From the IMG/VR virus record IMGVR_UViG_3300037584_004428, positions 1 to 59,687 of that record: 59,687 nucleotides of DNA; one strand, 5' to 3'. The notes under the pieces were generated by a model. That model was given only the letters and a program-made list of their open reading frames with translations. It made no database searches and was not told the DNA's origin. Each line of letters begins with the position of its first letter. Position 1 is the first letter of the stretch. The stretch comes from a virus (lineage: Duplodnaviria > Caudoviricetes). Position numbers and translations under genes: made by a program. Shown here piece by piece: positions 1 through 8,075 of this stretch.

Positions 1-2
1 AC

Positions 3-1217
3 AAACACACTTCACACGTAATTAAGAGCTTAGAGAAACAGTCTAAGAAATTGTCTAAGAAAAGACTGCTTGACGTAGCGACGATCTCATCAAACAATGA
101 CAAAGAGATTGGGAAAATAATATACGATACCTATAATAAAGTAGGTCATGACGGACTTGTCACGGTTGAGAACTCACAAGGTCATAACACGTATAGTGAG
201 GTGACAAAGGGGATCCGTGTTGAAAGGGGATATACATCGAACCTCTTTGTGAACAATCAAAAGAAGGACGAGTGTGTGCTTGAGAACGTAAAGGTGCTAG
301 TAGTTGATCAAGAGATTAACAACATACTTAGTATTGAGAAAATATTGAAACCCATTATCAGTAACGGCGACAAACTTCTGATAGTTGGAAATTGCCATAA
401 CAATGTCGTCAATACCCTAGCAGCAAATGTCGTTCGTAACGGTTTGAAAATTTGTAACATAATGCCTCCACAGTTTGGTTACAAGCAACACGAACTAATG
501 AGCGACATCGCGCTAGCGGTCGGTGCGAAATACTTCAGCGAGAAAACAGGTGATGACTTGTCGTTGATTAGTATGGAGGACTTGGGTCATGCTGCCAAAG
601 TAATAGTAGGTAGAGACAATACCATCATTATAAGAAACAACAATGAGGTTGAGGAGATACCGCAAAGAGTTGAGGAGTTATGGGAGCAACACAAGCATAC
701 AAAAATAAAGTCAGAAAAAGATTTTATCTTGCAACGTATAGCGAGTCTTAGTGGCGGGATCGGTGTAATCTATGTTGGAGGGAACTCTGATGTAGAGCAA
801 AAAGAAAAATTCGACCGCGTTGATGACGCGGTATGTGCAGTGCGTTCCGCACTAGAAGAAGGGATAATAGCTGGGGGTGGAGTACCACTACTAAGATTAT
901 CCAAAGAATTGAAAGCTCAGGGTGAAAGTAAAGAGGAATTAGTAGGCGTTAAGATTTTGAAAGACGCTCTTGCAGTTCCTTGCAAACAAATCTTAAGAAA
1001 CGCTGGGGAAAACGAAGACAATGTCATCAAGTTTTTATTAGATGCAAGAAAAGGTTATGATGTAAAGAATCAAAAATTTGGTGATTTATATAGTATGGGT
1101 GTAATAGACCCATTAAAAGTAACAAAGAATGCGCTTATTAATGCTGTATCTGTTGCAACTACAATATTAAGTACGAATGCAATAGTAACATTAGCGAGAA
1201 CATACGATAATAAATAA
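3..1217 (+). CDS. groEL: Chaperonin GroEL (Cpn60), phage-encoded, 5'-truncated by the window edge
   Basis: Frame is open from position 3 (KHTSHVIKSLEKQSKKLSK...). GroEL motifs: VATISSNND, PQFG, RIASLSGGIGVIYVGG, EKFDRVDDAVCAVRSALEEGIIAGGG, GVIDPLKVTKNALINAVSVA. Confidence 0.95.
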   Translation, partial: KHTSHVIKSLEKQSKKLSKKRLLDVATISSNNDKEIGKIIYDTYNKVGHDGLVTVENSQGHNTYSEVTKGIRVERGYTSNLFVNNQKKDECVLENVKVLVVDQEINNILSIEKILKPIISNGDKLLIVGNCHNNVVNTLAANVVRNGLKICNIMPPQFGYKQHELMSDIALAVGAKYFSEKTGDDLSLISMEDLGHAAKVIVGRDNTIIIRNNNEVEEIPQRVEELWEQHKHTKIKSEKDFILQRIASLSGGIGVIYVGGNSDVEQKEKFDRVDDAVCAVRSALEEGIIAGGGVPLLRLSKELKAQGESKEELVGVKILKDALAVPCKQILRNAGENEDNVIKFLLDARKGYDVKNQKFGDLYSMGVIDPLKVTKNALINAVSVATTILSTNAIVTLARTYDNK

Positions 1218-1224
1218 TAACAAG

Positions 1225-1356
1225 ATGCCAATATATAACGAAATATTCGAGTCATATCGAAGAAAACAAAACGAACTTAACAAAGCTATAGAGATGTTGG
1301 AGAAACATGGGTATATAGTTTACAACAAAGAAAGAATGCATGAAACCAGTAAATAA
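1225..1356 (+). CDS. Small hypothetical protein (43 aa, MPIYNEIFESYRRKQNELNKAIEMLEKHGY...), not in ORF track
   Basis: ATG after A-rich leader (aataataacaag); fills the gap between groEL and groES. Confidence 0.6.
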   Translation: MPIYNEIFESYRRKQNELNKAIEMLEKHGYIVYNKERMHETSK

Positions 1357-1597
1357 ATACATAGTAGTAAGAGAGATAGTAGAGGAATATAAAACAGATT
1401 CCGGGTTATTACTATCCTCACAAGATGTAGATACCTATAGATACAAAAAAGGATTAGTATTAAAAGTAGGTAACAATGTAGAGGTCATTAATGAAAATGA
1501 CGTGATATACTATGATAAAGCTGCAGGACATAAAATATTACTACAAGATGAACCGCTTACGATTATTCAGGAGCGTGATGTTGTAGTTGTTTTGTAG
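1340..1597 (+). CDS. groES: Co-chaperonin GroES (Cpn10)
   Basis: MKPVNKYIVV start, mobile loop KTDSGLLL, GLVLKVG, ending IIQERDVVVVL; next to groEL. Confidence 0.9.
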   Translation: MKPVNKYIVVREIVEEYKTDSGLLLSSQDVDTYRYKKGLVLKVGNNVEVINENDVIYYDKAAGHKILLQDEPLTIIQERDVVVVL

Positions 1598-2036
1598 ATT
1601 CATTTATTTTTTTTATTGCATTACGATATACCTTGTCGGTGTAAGATACATTTTTGTTGAACAGAGGATTTCTTTCTGAAATCTCCTCTCCATTTAACTT
1701 TTTATAAATAGTGTCTATAATTCGTCTTGTCTTATAGGTAAGCTCGTAAAGAGTAGCTTGATTGCCTTTTCTTTTTCTCCATACATGAATCCATCCGTCT
1801 CTAAGCATTCTATCAAAACGATTCACGTCCCAAGACATCAGCTCTTCGTATTCTTTGAAATCTGTTTTTTTGAATAGTTGCTCACTATAAAGGAACAATA
1901 ACATTTCAAGATCTGGAGTAGTTAGTCCGTATTTTGCTTTTACCCAATACCTAATTACTCTCCAGTATTTTAAGTAATCATTAGTTGGTTCTTTCCTGTC
2001 GTAGTTGTTTCTGATTGTAGATTTAATAGTTGTCAA
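1563..2036 (-). CDS. Winged-helix (MarR-like) DNA-binding protein, putative regulator
   Basis: GLTTPDLEMLLFLY...FDRMLRDGWI.VWR....ATLYELTYK pattern typical of wHTH; TTG start; 3' end overlaps groES. Confidence 0.6.
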   Translation of the reverse strand: MTTIKSTIRNNYDRKEPTNDYLKYWRVIRYWVKAKYGLTTPDLEMLLFLYSEQLFKKTDFKEYEELMSWDVNRFDRMLRDGWIHVWRKRKGNQATLYELTYKTRRIIDTIYKKLNGEEISERNPLFNKNVSYTDKVYRNAIKKINESTKQLQHHAPE

Positions 2037-2271
2037 GATTTATAGTAGATTTAAAATGTTTTAATACAGCGCACTTTTCAAACTCTTCCTTTTCCTCAAA
2101 ATAATTTATCATATGATTTATATCATCAATGTCAATGTACTCGTTGGTTGGATCGAAAGGCAAAATAACATTATCGAGGAATATAGCAACCTCATCAAAA
2201 GAGTGCTTGCCAATTAACAAACTGTAACCAACATCCATTCCGATGTCGTAAGTTTCTAAAAAATCATCCAT
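2023..2271 (-). CDS. Hypothetical protein with C-terminal UVR-like motif
   Basis: 82-aa ORF; YFEEKEEFEKCAVLK resembles the UvrB/C helical motif. Confidence 0.6.
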   Translation of the reverse strand: MDDFLETYDIGMDVGYSLLIGKHSFDEVAIFLDNVILPFDPTNEYIDIDDINHMINYFEEKEEFEKCAVLKHFKSTINLDNY

Positions 2272-2282
2272 AAAATAATTGT

Positions 2283-2298
2283 TATCTTTGTAAAGATA
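2283..2298. promoter_or_regulatory. Palindromic divergent promoter core TATCTTT-GT-AAAGATA
   Basis: Reads TATCTTTG (Bacteroidota -7 box) on + and TATCTTTA on -, between divergent genes starting at 2271 (-) and 2322 (+). Confidence 0.7.
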
Positions 2299-2321
2299 TT
2301 AATAATTTTAAAATCTTAAAA

Positions 2322-2543
2322 ATGAAACAAGGTTACAACGATAGACTTGACGAGTCAATAGGTGGAAGAGACAAGGGCCCAAAAAAACAATCTATGAAAG
2401 ATAGAAGAGATGAGAGTAAGGCTATGTCTAAAAAAATGTACGGACACTCTTATGGAGCTGATAGCGGAATGTCATACAGACACAAGATTCCAGCACACGT
2501 ACACAACGTAAAAGGACACATATCTTCTCTAATCAAGAAGTAA
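2322..2543 (+). CDS. Small basic hypothetical phage protein
   Basis: 73-aa ORF (MKQGYNDRLDESIG...), first gene after the promoter. Confidence 0.75.
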   Translation: MKQGYNDRLDESIGGRDKGPKKQSMKDRRDESKAMSKKMYGHSYGADSGMSYRHKIPAHVHNVKGHISSLIKK

Positions 2544-2701
2544 TGGCTGGTGGATTTATACAAAAAGCATTTGCACAAGCTAAAAAAAAAGGCACAATAG
2601 GTAAATGTTCAGGTAAAAAACTAGGAAGCAAATCATGCCCTAAAGGATCAAAGGCATATAATTTTGCTATGACATTAAAAAAACTTAGAAAAAAGAAATA
2701 A
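2543..2701 (+). CDS. Small Lys-rich protein (52 aa, MAGGFIQKAFAQAKKKG...), not in ORF track
   Basis: TAATG stop/start coupling; manually translated. Confidence 0.7.
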   Translation: MAGGFIQKAFAQAKKKGTIGKCSGKKLGSKSCPKGSKAYNFAMTLKKLRKKK

Positions 2702-2703
2702 TT

Positions 2704-2841
2704 ATGGGCAAATTATTAGTTAAATTTGGAATGTGGATTCAAAACACTTGGTGCAAAGCACTTTGTTGTTGGAATGCATTACTAGCAAAGTTGACTGTTC
2801 AGGTTGACAGTTGCCCAAATAAATTATGTAAGTGTAAATAA
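2704..2841 (+). CDS. Small Cys/Trp-rich protein (45 aa, 6 Cys), not in ORF track
   Basis: MGKLLVKFGMWIQNTWCKALCCWNALLAKLTVQVDSCPNKLCKCK; packed between neighbouring ORFs. Confidence 0.65.
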   Translation: MGKLLVKFGMWIQNTWCKALCCWNALLAKLTVQVDSCPNKLCKCK

Positions 2842-2843
2842 AA

Positions 2844-3002
2844 ATGAGATCAAGAGGATTAGGAGATACTATTTATAAGACGGCTAAAATGATAGGCGCA
2901 GACAAGGTTGCTAAAGCATACGAAAAAGTGACAGGTAAACCTTGCGGTTGTCAAGAAAGAAGAGACACGTTAAATAGACTCCACCCTTATAAAAATAAAT
3001 AA
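2844..3002 (+). CDS. Small GLGDT...CGC...RRxxLN phage protein (52 aa), not in ORF track
   Basis: MRSRGLGDTIYKTAK...KPCGCQERRDTLNRLHPY; motif I recognise from Bacteroidota phages. Confidence 0.75.
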   Translation: MRSRGLGDTIYKTAKMIGADKVAKAYEKVTGKPCGCQERRDTLNRLHPYKNK

Positions 3003-3010
3003 ATAAAAAA

Positions 3011-3274
3011 ATGGCGTATCAAAAATTACAAGCGTATAGAGCAGCACAGGTAACACCAAGTGACACTGCTGATATTCCTGCAGTATCAACTGCAACCGGT
3101 AAAAATTTCGGTTGTTTATTGTATGTAGGAACAGCAGGCAATGTTAAAATTGAAACAGTTGGTGGAGACGAGGTTACCCTAGTAGGTATCAATACAGGAG
3201 CATTCATCCCTGTTCAAGTAAAAAAAGTTTTTGCAACAGGAACTACTGCATCCAACATTTTAGCACTCTGGTAA
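3011..3274 (+). CDS. Head-spike base protein (RcGTA Rcc01079-like)
   Basis: VTPSDT...LYVGTAGNV...GAFIPVQVKKVFATGTTA..W pattern and 87-aa size match the Rcc01079 family. Confidence 0.75.
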   Translation: MAYQKLQAYRAAQVTPSDTADIPAVSTATGKNFGCLLYVGTAGNVKIETVGGDEVTLVGINTGAFIPVQVKKVFATGTTASNILALW

Positions 3275-3275
3275 G

Positions 3276-3419
3276 ATGCCTATATTCATAGACATAGGAT
3301 TAAATATCGGAAGGAACGTGCAACCTGGATTCCCACCTCCAGGAAGTGATGAAATTATTTCACAACAATCCATACAGATGGTTGACGAAACAAGTAGTGA
3401 CGATTTAATAACGGAATAA
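3276..3419 (+). CDS. 47-aa putative spike-to-fibre adaptor, not in ORF track
   Basis: MPIFIDIGLNIG start (like the Rcc01080 docking peptide), Pro/Gly linker, acidic tail IISQ..MVDE..LITE; 1-nt gaps to both neighbours. Confidence 0.65.
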   Translation: MPIFIDIGLNIGRNVQPGFPPPGSDEIISQQSIQMVDETSSDDLITE

Positions 3420-3420
3420 A

Positions 3421-5643
3421 ATGGCAATAAAGTTCTCTCAATTTGTAGTTCAGACTGATGCTTCTACACTTAGTCATATTGTGGGCTATGATGGAGTGGA
3501 CAATATTCAGATAACTCCAACTAATTTTTTAAATTCCCTTCTAACAGGCACAGCCGGACAAGTATTGTATTACGATACTACGGGAGTAGCTGGAGAAAAT
3601 GCTTTTTTCTGGGACAATACAAACAAGAGATTAGGTATTGGAACTACTAATCCAATAGAAAAACTTCAAGTTGTTGGCCAGCTTATTTCAAGTGGAAGTA
3701 GTAGTACATCCGCAACAACGGGTGTTGAAAGAGCCATTATGGATTTATCAAATTATAGCGCTACTGATCACTCAGCAAGATTTGGACACTTTAGAGGGGT
3801 AGAATCAGCAGGAGCTGGTCAATTAAGACTTTATACAGACAGTGTAGAGCGTTTAAGAATAGATGCAAGCGGTAACGTAGGTATTGGAACAGCTACTCCT
3901 TCTTCTAAATTAGAAGTAGACGGTGATATGAGCGTTACACCTGGCGGTGTGATTTTATTACCAGACAGTAGTTTTTTGAGATTTGGTACTAGCTCTGACG
4001 CTACTATATATCATGACGCTACAGATACTTATTTTAAAAATTTTACTGGAGACTTAATAATACAAAACAATAAAGACGATAAAGACATAATATTTCAAAG
4101 TGATAACGGCTCAGGTGGTTTAGATACATACTATCGTATAGATGGAAGCGCGCATGAAAACTCTTTTTTCAAACAAATTCATTTATATGATAATGTAAAA
4201 GCTGTTTTTGGTGCTTCTGCTGATTTAAATATTGTTCACGATGGCGCAGATTCTGTTATACAAAACAATACAGGTGATTTAGAAATTCAAAATAGGCAAG
4301 ACGATGGTGATATTGTGTTTAAGTCAGATGATGGAAGTGGTGGTGTTGCTACATATTTTTATTTAGATGGTGGCCTTGCTTCTGGCGGGTCATTATTTAC
4401 TCGTTTTCCAGATAATTCAAACATAGGATTTGGTGATAGTAATGATTTAAGAATTTATCACAATGGTATTAATTCTAATATTGAAAATTTTACAGGTAAT
4501 TTACAGATTATTAATAACAAGGATGATGGTGATATTATTTTTAGAAGCGATAATGGTTCTGGCGGAACTGCAGAATATTACAAAATTGATGGTGGATCAG
4601 TTTTAAATATATTTTATAAAGATGTTTTTCTAGGAGATAATGTTAAATCTTTATATGGTAATTCATCAGATTTACAAATATATCACGATTCTGCTAATAG
4701 TATTATAAAAAATGATGTAGGTAATCTTACTATAAGAAATGACGCAAATGATAAAGATATTGAACTTGCTTCTGATGACGGCTCGGGTGGAGTTGCTGTA
4801 TATTTCTATTTAGATGGAAGTGATGTTATGACTAGGTTTGACAAAAGACTTAGAATGTCTGACGCAGTAGGTTTACAACTAGGTTCAGGTGGTAATTTTG
4901 AAATGTATCATTTTAATGGTGTTACTACTATGGATAATTTTACAGGTAATTTAAGTATAAGTAATCAAAAAGACGATGGTGATATTATCTTTCAGTGTGA
5001 TGATGGTTCAGGTGGAGTTACTACTTACTTTTTGTTAGATGGAAGTCTCGCTGATGGCACTAATAAATTTACACGTTTTCCAGACAACAGTAGAGTTGTT
5101 TTTGGCACGGCTAGTGATTTACAAATATTTCACAATGGTACAGCTTCTTTTATTAATAATAATACTGGAGATTTAAATATTGCAAATTATGCTAATGATA
5201 AAGATATTAGATTCTTCTGTGATGATGGAAGTGGTGGTGTAGTAGAATACTTTAGATTAAGTGGTAGTACAACCAAAATTCAGATAAATAAAGAAATGCA
5301 ATTCTTTGATAATGTCAATGCAACTTTTGGTAATGCTGCGGACTTAAAAATATATCACGATGGCAATAATAGTTATATTCAAGATTCAGGAACAGGTAGT
5401 TTAAAAATACTTGCACAAGATTTTGATTTAACTAACGCGGCGGAATCAGCTTCAATGATTAGAGCTATTGATGGCGCACAAGTTGAATTATATTATGGCG
5501 GTTCTAAAAAATTAGAAACAAAAAGCACAGGTATAAATATTCAGGGAGTAACTGAATACGCGAATAACACAGCGGCTGTAGCAGCAGGACTAGTAGTGGG
5601 AGATGTTTACAGAACAGGAGACGATTTAAAAATAGTACATTAA
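3421..5643 (+). CDS. Fibre protein A1 (head or tail fibre) with ~75-aa internal repeats
   Basis: MAIKFSQF N-terminus shared with next two genes; repeated DGDIxFxSDDGSGG..YF.LDG and DL.IYH.G units; ends YRTGDDLKIVH. Confidence 0.8.
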   Translation: MAIKFSQFVVQTDASTLSHIVGYDGVDNIQITPTNFLNSLLTGTAGQVLYYDTTGVAGENAFFWDNTNKRLGIGTTNPIEKLQVVGQLISSGSSSTSATTGVERAIMDLSNYSATDHSARFGHFRGVESAGAGQLRLYTDSVERLRIDASGNVGIGTATPSSKLEVDGDMSVTPGGVILLPDSSFLRFGTSSDATIYHDATDTYFKNFTGDLIIQNNKDDKDIIFQSDNGSGGLDTYYRIDGSAHENSFFKQIHLYDNVKAVFGASADLNIVHDGADSVIQNNTGDLEIQNRQDDGDIVFKSDDGSGGVATYFYLDGGLASGGSLFTRFPDNSNIGFGDSNDLRIYHNGINSNIENFTGNLQIINNKDDGDIIFRSDNGSGGTAEYYKIDGGSVLNIFYKDVFLGDNVKSLYGNSSDLQIYHDSANSIIKNDVGNLTIRNDANDKDIELASDDGSGGVAVYFYLDGSDVMTRFDKRLRMSDAVGLQLGSGGNFEMYHFNGVTTMDNFTGNLSISNQKDDGDIIFQCDDGSGGVTTYFLLDGSLADGTNKFTRFPDNSRVVFGTASDLQIFHNGTASFINNNTGDLNIANYANDKDIRFFCDDGSGGVVEYFRLSGSTTKIQINKEMQFFDNVNATFGNAADLKIYHDGNNSYIQDSGTGSLKILAQDFDLTNAAESASMIRAIDGAQVELYYGGSKKLETKSTGINIQGVTEYANNTAAVAAGLVVGDVYRTGDDLKIVH

Positions 5644-5669
5644 GATATGGCAATAAAATTTTCACAATT
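5633..5669 (+). repeat. 37-bp exact direct repeat across the A1/A2 junction (other copy 8039-8075)
   Basis: tagtacattaagatatggcaataaaattttcacaatt at both positions. Confidence 0.95.
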
Positions 5670-8049
5670 CGTAGTAGAAACTAGCGCATCAACGATGAGC
5701 CATATTGTTGGTTATGATGGGGCGGATAATATACAGATCACACCTAACAATTTCTTTACAAGTTTTGTAACAGGTACAACAGGGCAAGTACCCTTTTTTG
5801 GTAGCACAACCTCATTACTTGGTGACGCTGGATTTAATTGGGACAACACAAACAAAAGATTAGGTATTGGAACGAGTAGTCCTAGTGCTAAATTAGAAAT
5901 AGCAGGAGGTGCTGATAGTATAGTATTAGTTACAGGAACTACAATCGCTTCAAGATTAGACATAAAAACAAATTCACATCATAGATTTTTACAAACAATA
6001 GAATCAGATGGTCGATTTAGATTATTTAATCAAGCTACAAATACAGAACAATTAAGCGTATTAAGCGGGGGTAACGTTGGTATCGGAACTACTAGCCCTG
6101 GGACAACCCTTGATGTTGCCGGGACACTAGCATCGTCAGGCATCACGCAGTTGGGAACAGGAGGGTCTAACGTTTTACTTACTTCTACAGGCGCAGGAAA
6201 TGTAGGTATTGGAAATAATAGCCCTAATAGAAAACTAACTGTTTCATCAAGTGGTGTTATTGCCGATTTCATTTCTTCATCAACATCCTCATATGTTGAT
6301 ATTGTAGGTTCAAGCGCACAATTAAGAGCTGGTGTTTTTGGAGGTGTTGTTGGATTTGCTAACGGAACTGGCACTACAGCTGAATTAGCAATAGATACAT
6401 CAGGAAATGTAGGTATTGGAACTAGTAGTCCTAGTTCTACTTTGACTTTAGGAAATGCCACAGACAACGTTGCTGAATTAAGAGTTTTAAGATCTAACGG
6501 TTCTTCTTCGACTTATGCCTCTGTTAACACGATTGGGGGGACAGGTCAATTTGGTTCAAGCGGATCAACAAGAGTCTACAGCACAGGAAACGAAAAATTA
6601 AACTTAAGAACTAATGGGTCAGATAGATTAACGATACTTTCCGGCGGTAACGTAGGTATAGGAACTACTTCGCCTACCGCTAGATTAAATGTTAAATCTA
6701 GTGGCTCAAATCTTGACGAAATATCTTTAACACATTCGGGTAACACAGTAAATATAGCTTCTCTTGGTCAAGAATCAGGACATGGAAGTTTAGTATTACG
6801 AAATAACAGTGGCGCAATACAAACTAGATTAAGTGCTGGTGGCAATAATTCTTATATTTTAAATTCTAATGTAGGTATTGGAACTAGTAGTCCTGTTACT
6901 AAATTACAAGTAGATAGCGCATCAGATTTTAGTGTTGCTTTATCTAAAAGAGGTTCAACATCTAGTGCTTTAAAATTTACTTTATCTAATCCTGCCACAA
7001 CAACTAATACTTGGAAAATAGAACATGATGCTAGCGAGAATTTAAAAATATTTGGTTATAGCGCAGATAATTTGCTTATTTCTACTAACTCTACTGAAAG
7101 AATGCGTATTACTAGTGCGGGCAACGTAGGTATTGGAACTACTAGTCCTGATCATAAGCTTGAGGTGCAAGGAGTAATATCAAGTGCAGACGCAGGTTTA
7201 CAAAAAGCAACTTTTGCAAATGTTGGTAATGATCTAGTTTTAACAGCAAATGCAGATCAAACAAATGTAACAGCTAAGATATTGTTTAATAGCTCCGGGT
7301 CAGGAGGTGGCGCTGTATCAACTAAAATGATCATTGATGGTGCTGGTAACGTAGGTATCGGGACTCCTAATCCTGCAGGTAAACTTCATGTAAAAGATGT
7401 TGGAGCCATATACACGTCTTTATCTGGTTCTGATTCGACTGTTAATTTTATTGAAAACGGTGGTAATCCATGGCGAATAGGAAACAGATCTTCTGATGAT
7501 AGTTTTAGATTTTCTCAAAGCTCTACTTCATTAGGTACTAACGTTAGGGTTACATTTGCTGACGGTGGCAACGTAGGTATTGGAACTTCTTCACCAAGTG
7601 TTAAAACTCATATACAAGGAGGAAATGCTGTAACAGGAGCATTTTATGATGGCTCAACAGTGTTAGCTGTGGAAGACACAAACCCATATATGCAAATAAT
7701 TGGGACTGATGGCGGCAATCAAGCATCATCACTTATTCTTACAACTGTTCCCGCAGCAGGAACAGGAAATAATAAACATTGGGCAGTTCAACATAGAGGT
7801 ACAACACAAAATGGTAATTTCGGTATTTCTTATGATACAACCTCTGCGTCAGGTCAAGATGGTGCTGATGGTACTGATTTATTTGTTATTAACACTACTG
7901 GTAACGTAGGTATCGGAACAACTAGCCCAACAGCTAAGTTAACAGTAGTAGGTTTAGCAGAACATGCAGATAACGCTGCGGCAATTAGTGCGGGATTAAC
8001 GACTGGTGCTTTTTACAGAACCGGTGATTTATTAAAGGTAGTACATTAA
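5647..8049 (+). CDS. Fibre protein A2 with GNVGIGTTSP repeats
   Basis: Shared N-terminus; many GNVGIGT.SP motifs; ends YRTGDLLKVVH like A1. Confidence 0.85.
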   Translation: MAIKFSQFVVETSASTMSHIVGYDGADNIQITPNNFFTSFVTGTTGQVPFFGSTTSLLGDAGFNWDNTNKRLGIGTSSPSAKLEIAGGADSIVLVTGTTIASRLDIKTNSHHRFLQTIESDGRFRLFNQATNTEQLSVLSGGNVGIGTTSPGTTLDVAGTLASSGITQLGTGGSNVLLTSTGAGNVGIGNNSPNRKLTVSSSGVIADFISSSTSSYVDIVGSSAQLRAGVFGGVVGFANGTGTTAELAIDTSGNVGIGTSSPSSTLTLGNATDNVAELRVLRSNGSSSTYASVNTIGGTGQFGSSGSTRVYSTGNEKLNLRTNGSDRLTILSGGNVGIGTTSPTARLNVKSSGSNLDEISLTHSGNTVNIASLGQESGHGSLVLRNNSGAIQTRLSAGGNNSYILNSNVGIGTSSPVTKLQVDSASDFSVALSKRGSTSSALKFTLSNPATTTNTWKIEHDASENLKIFGYSADNLLISTNSTERMRITSAGNVGIGTTSPDHKLEVQGVISSADAGLQKATFANVGNDLVLTANADQTNVTAKILFNSSGSGGGAVSTKMIIDGAGNVGIGTPNPAGKLHVKDVGAIYTSLSGSDSTVNFIENGGNPWRIGNRSSDDSFRFSQSSTSLGTNVRVTFADGGNVGIGTSSPSVKTHIQGGNAVTGAFYDGSTVLAVEDTNPYMQIIGTDGGNQASSLILTTVPAAGTGNNKHWAVQHRGTTQNGNFGISYDTTSASGQDGADGTDLFVINTTGNVGIGTTSPTAKLTVVGLAEHADNAAAISAGLTTGAFYRTGDLLKVVH

Positions 8050-8075
8050 GATATGGCAATAAAATTTTCACAATT
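8039..8075 (+). repeat. 37-bp exact direct repeat across the A2/A3 junction
   Basis: Identical to 5633-5669. Confidence 0.95.
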
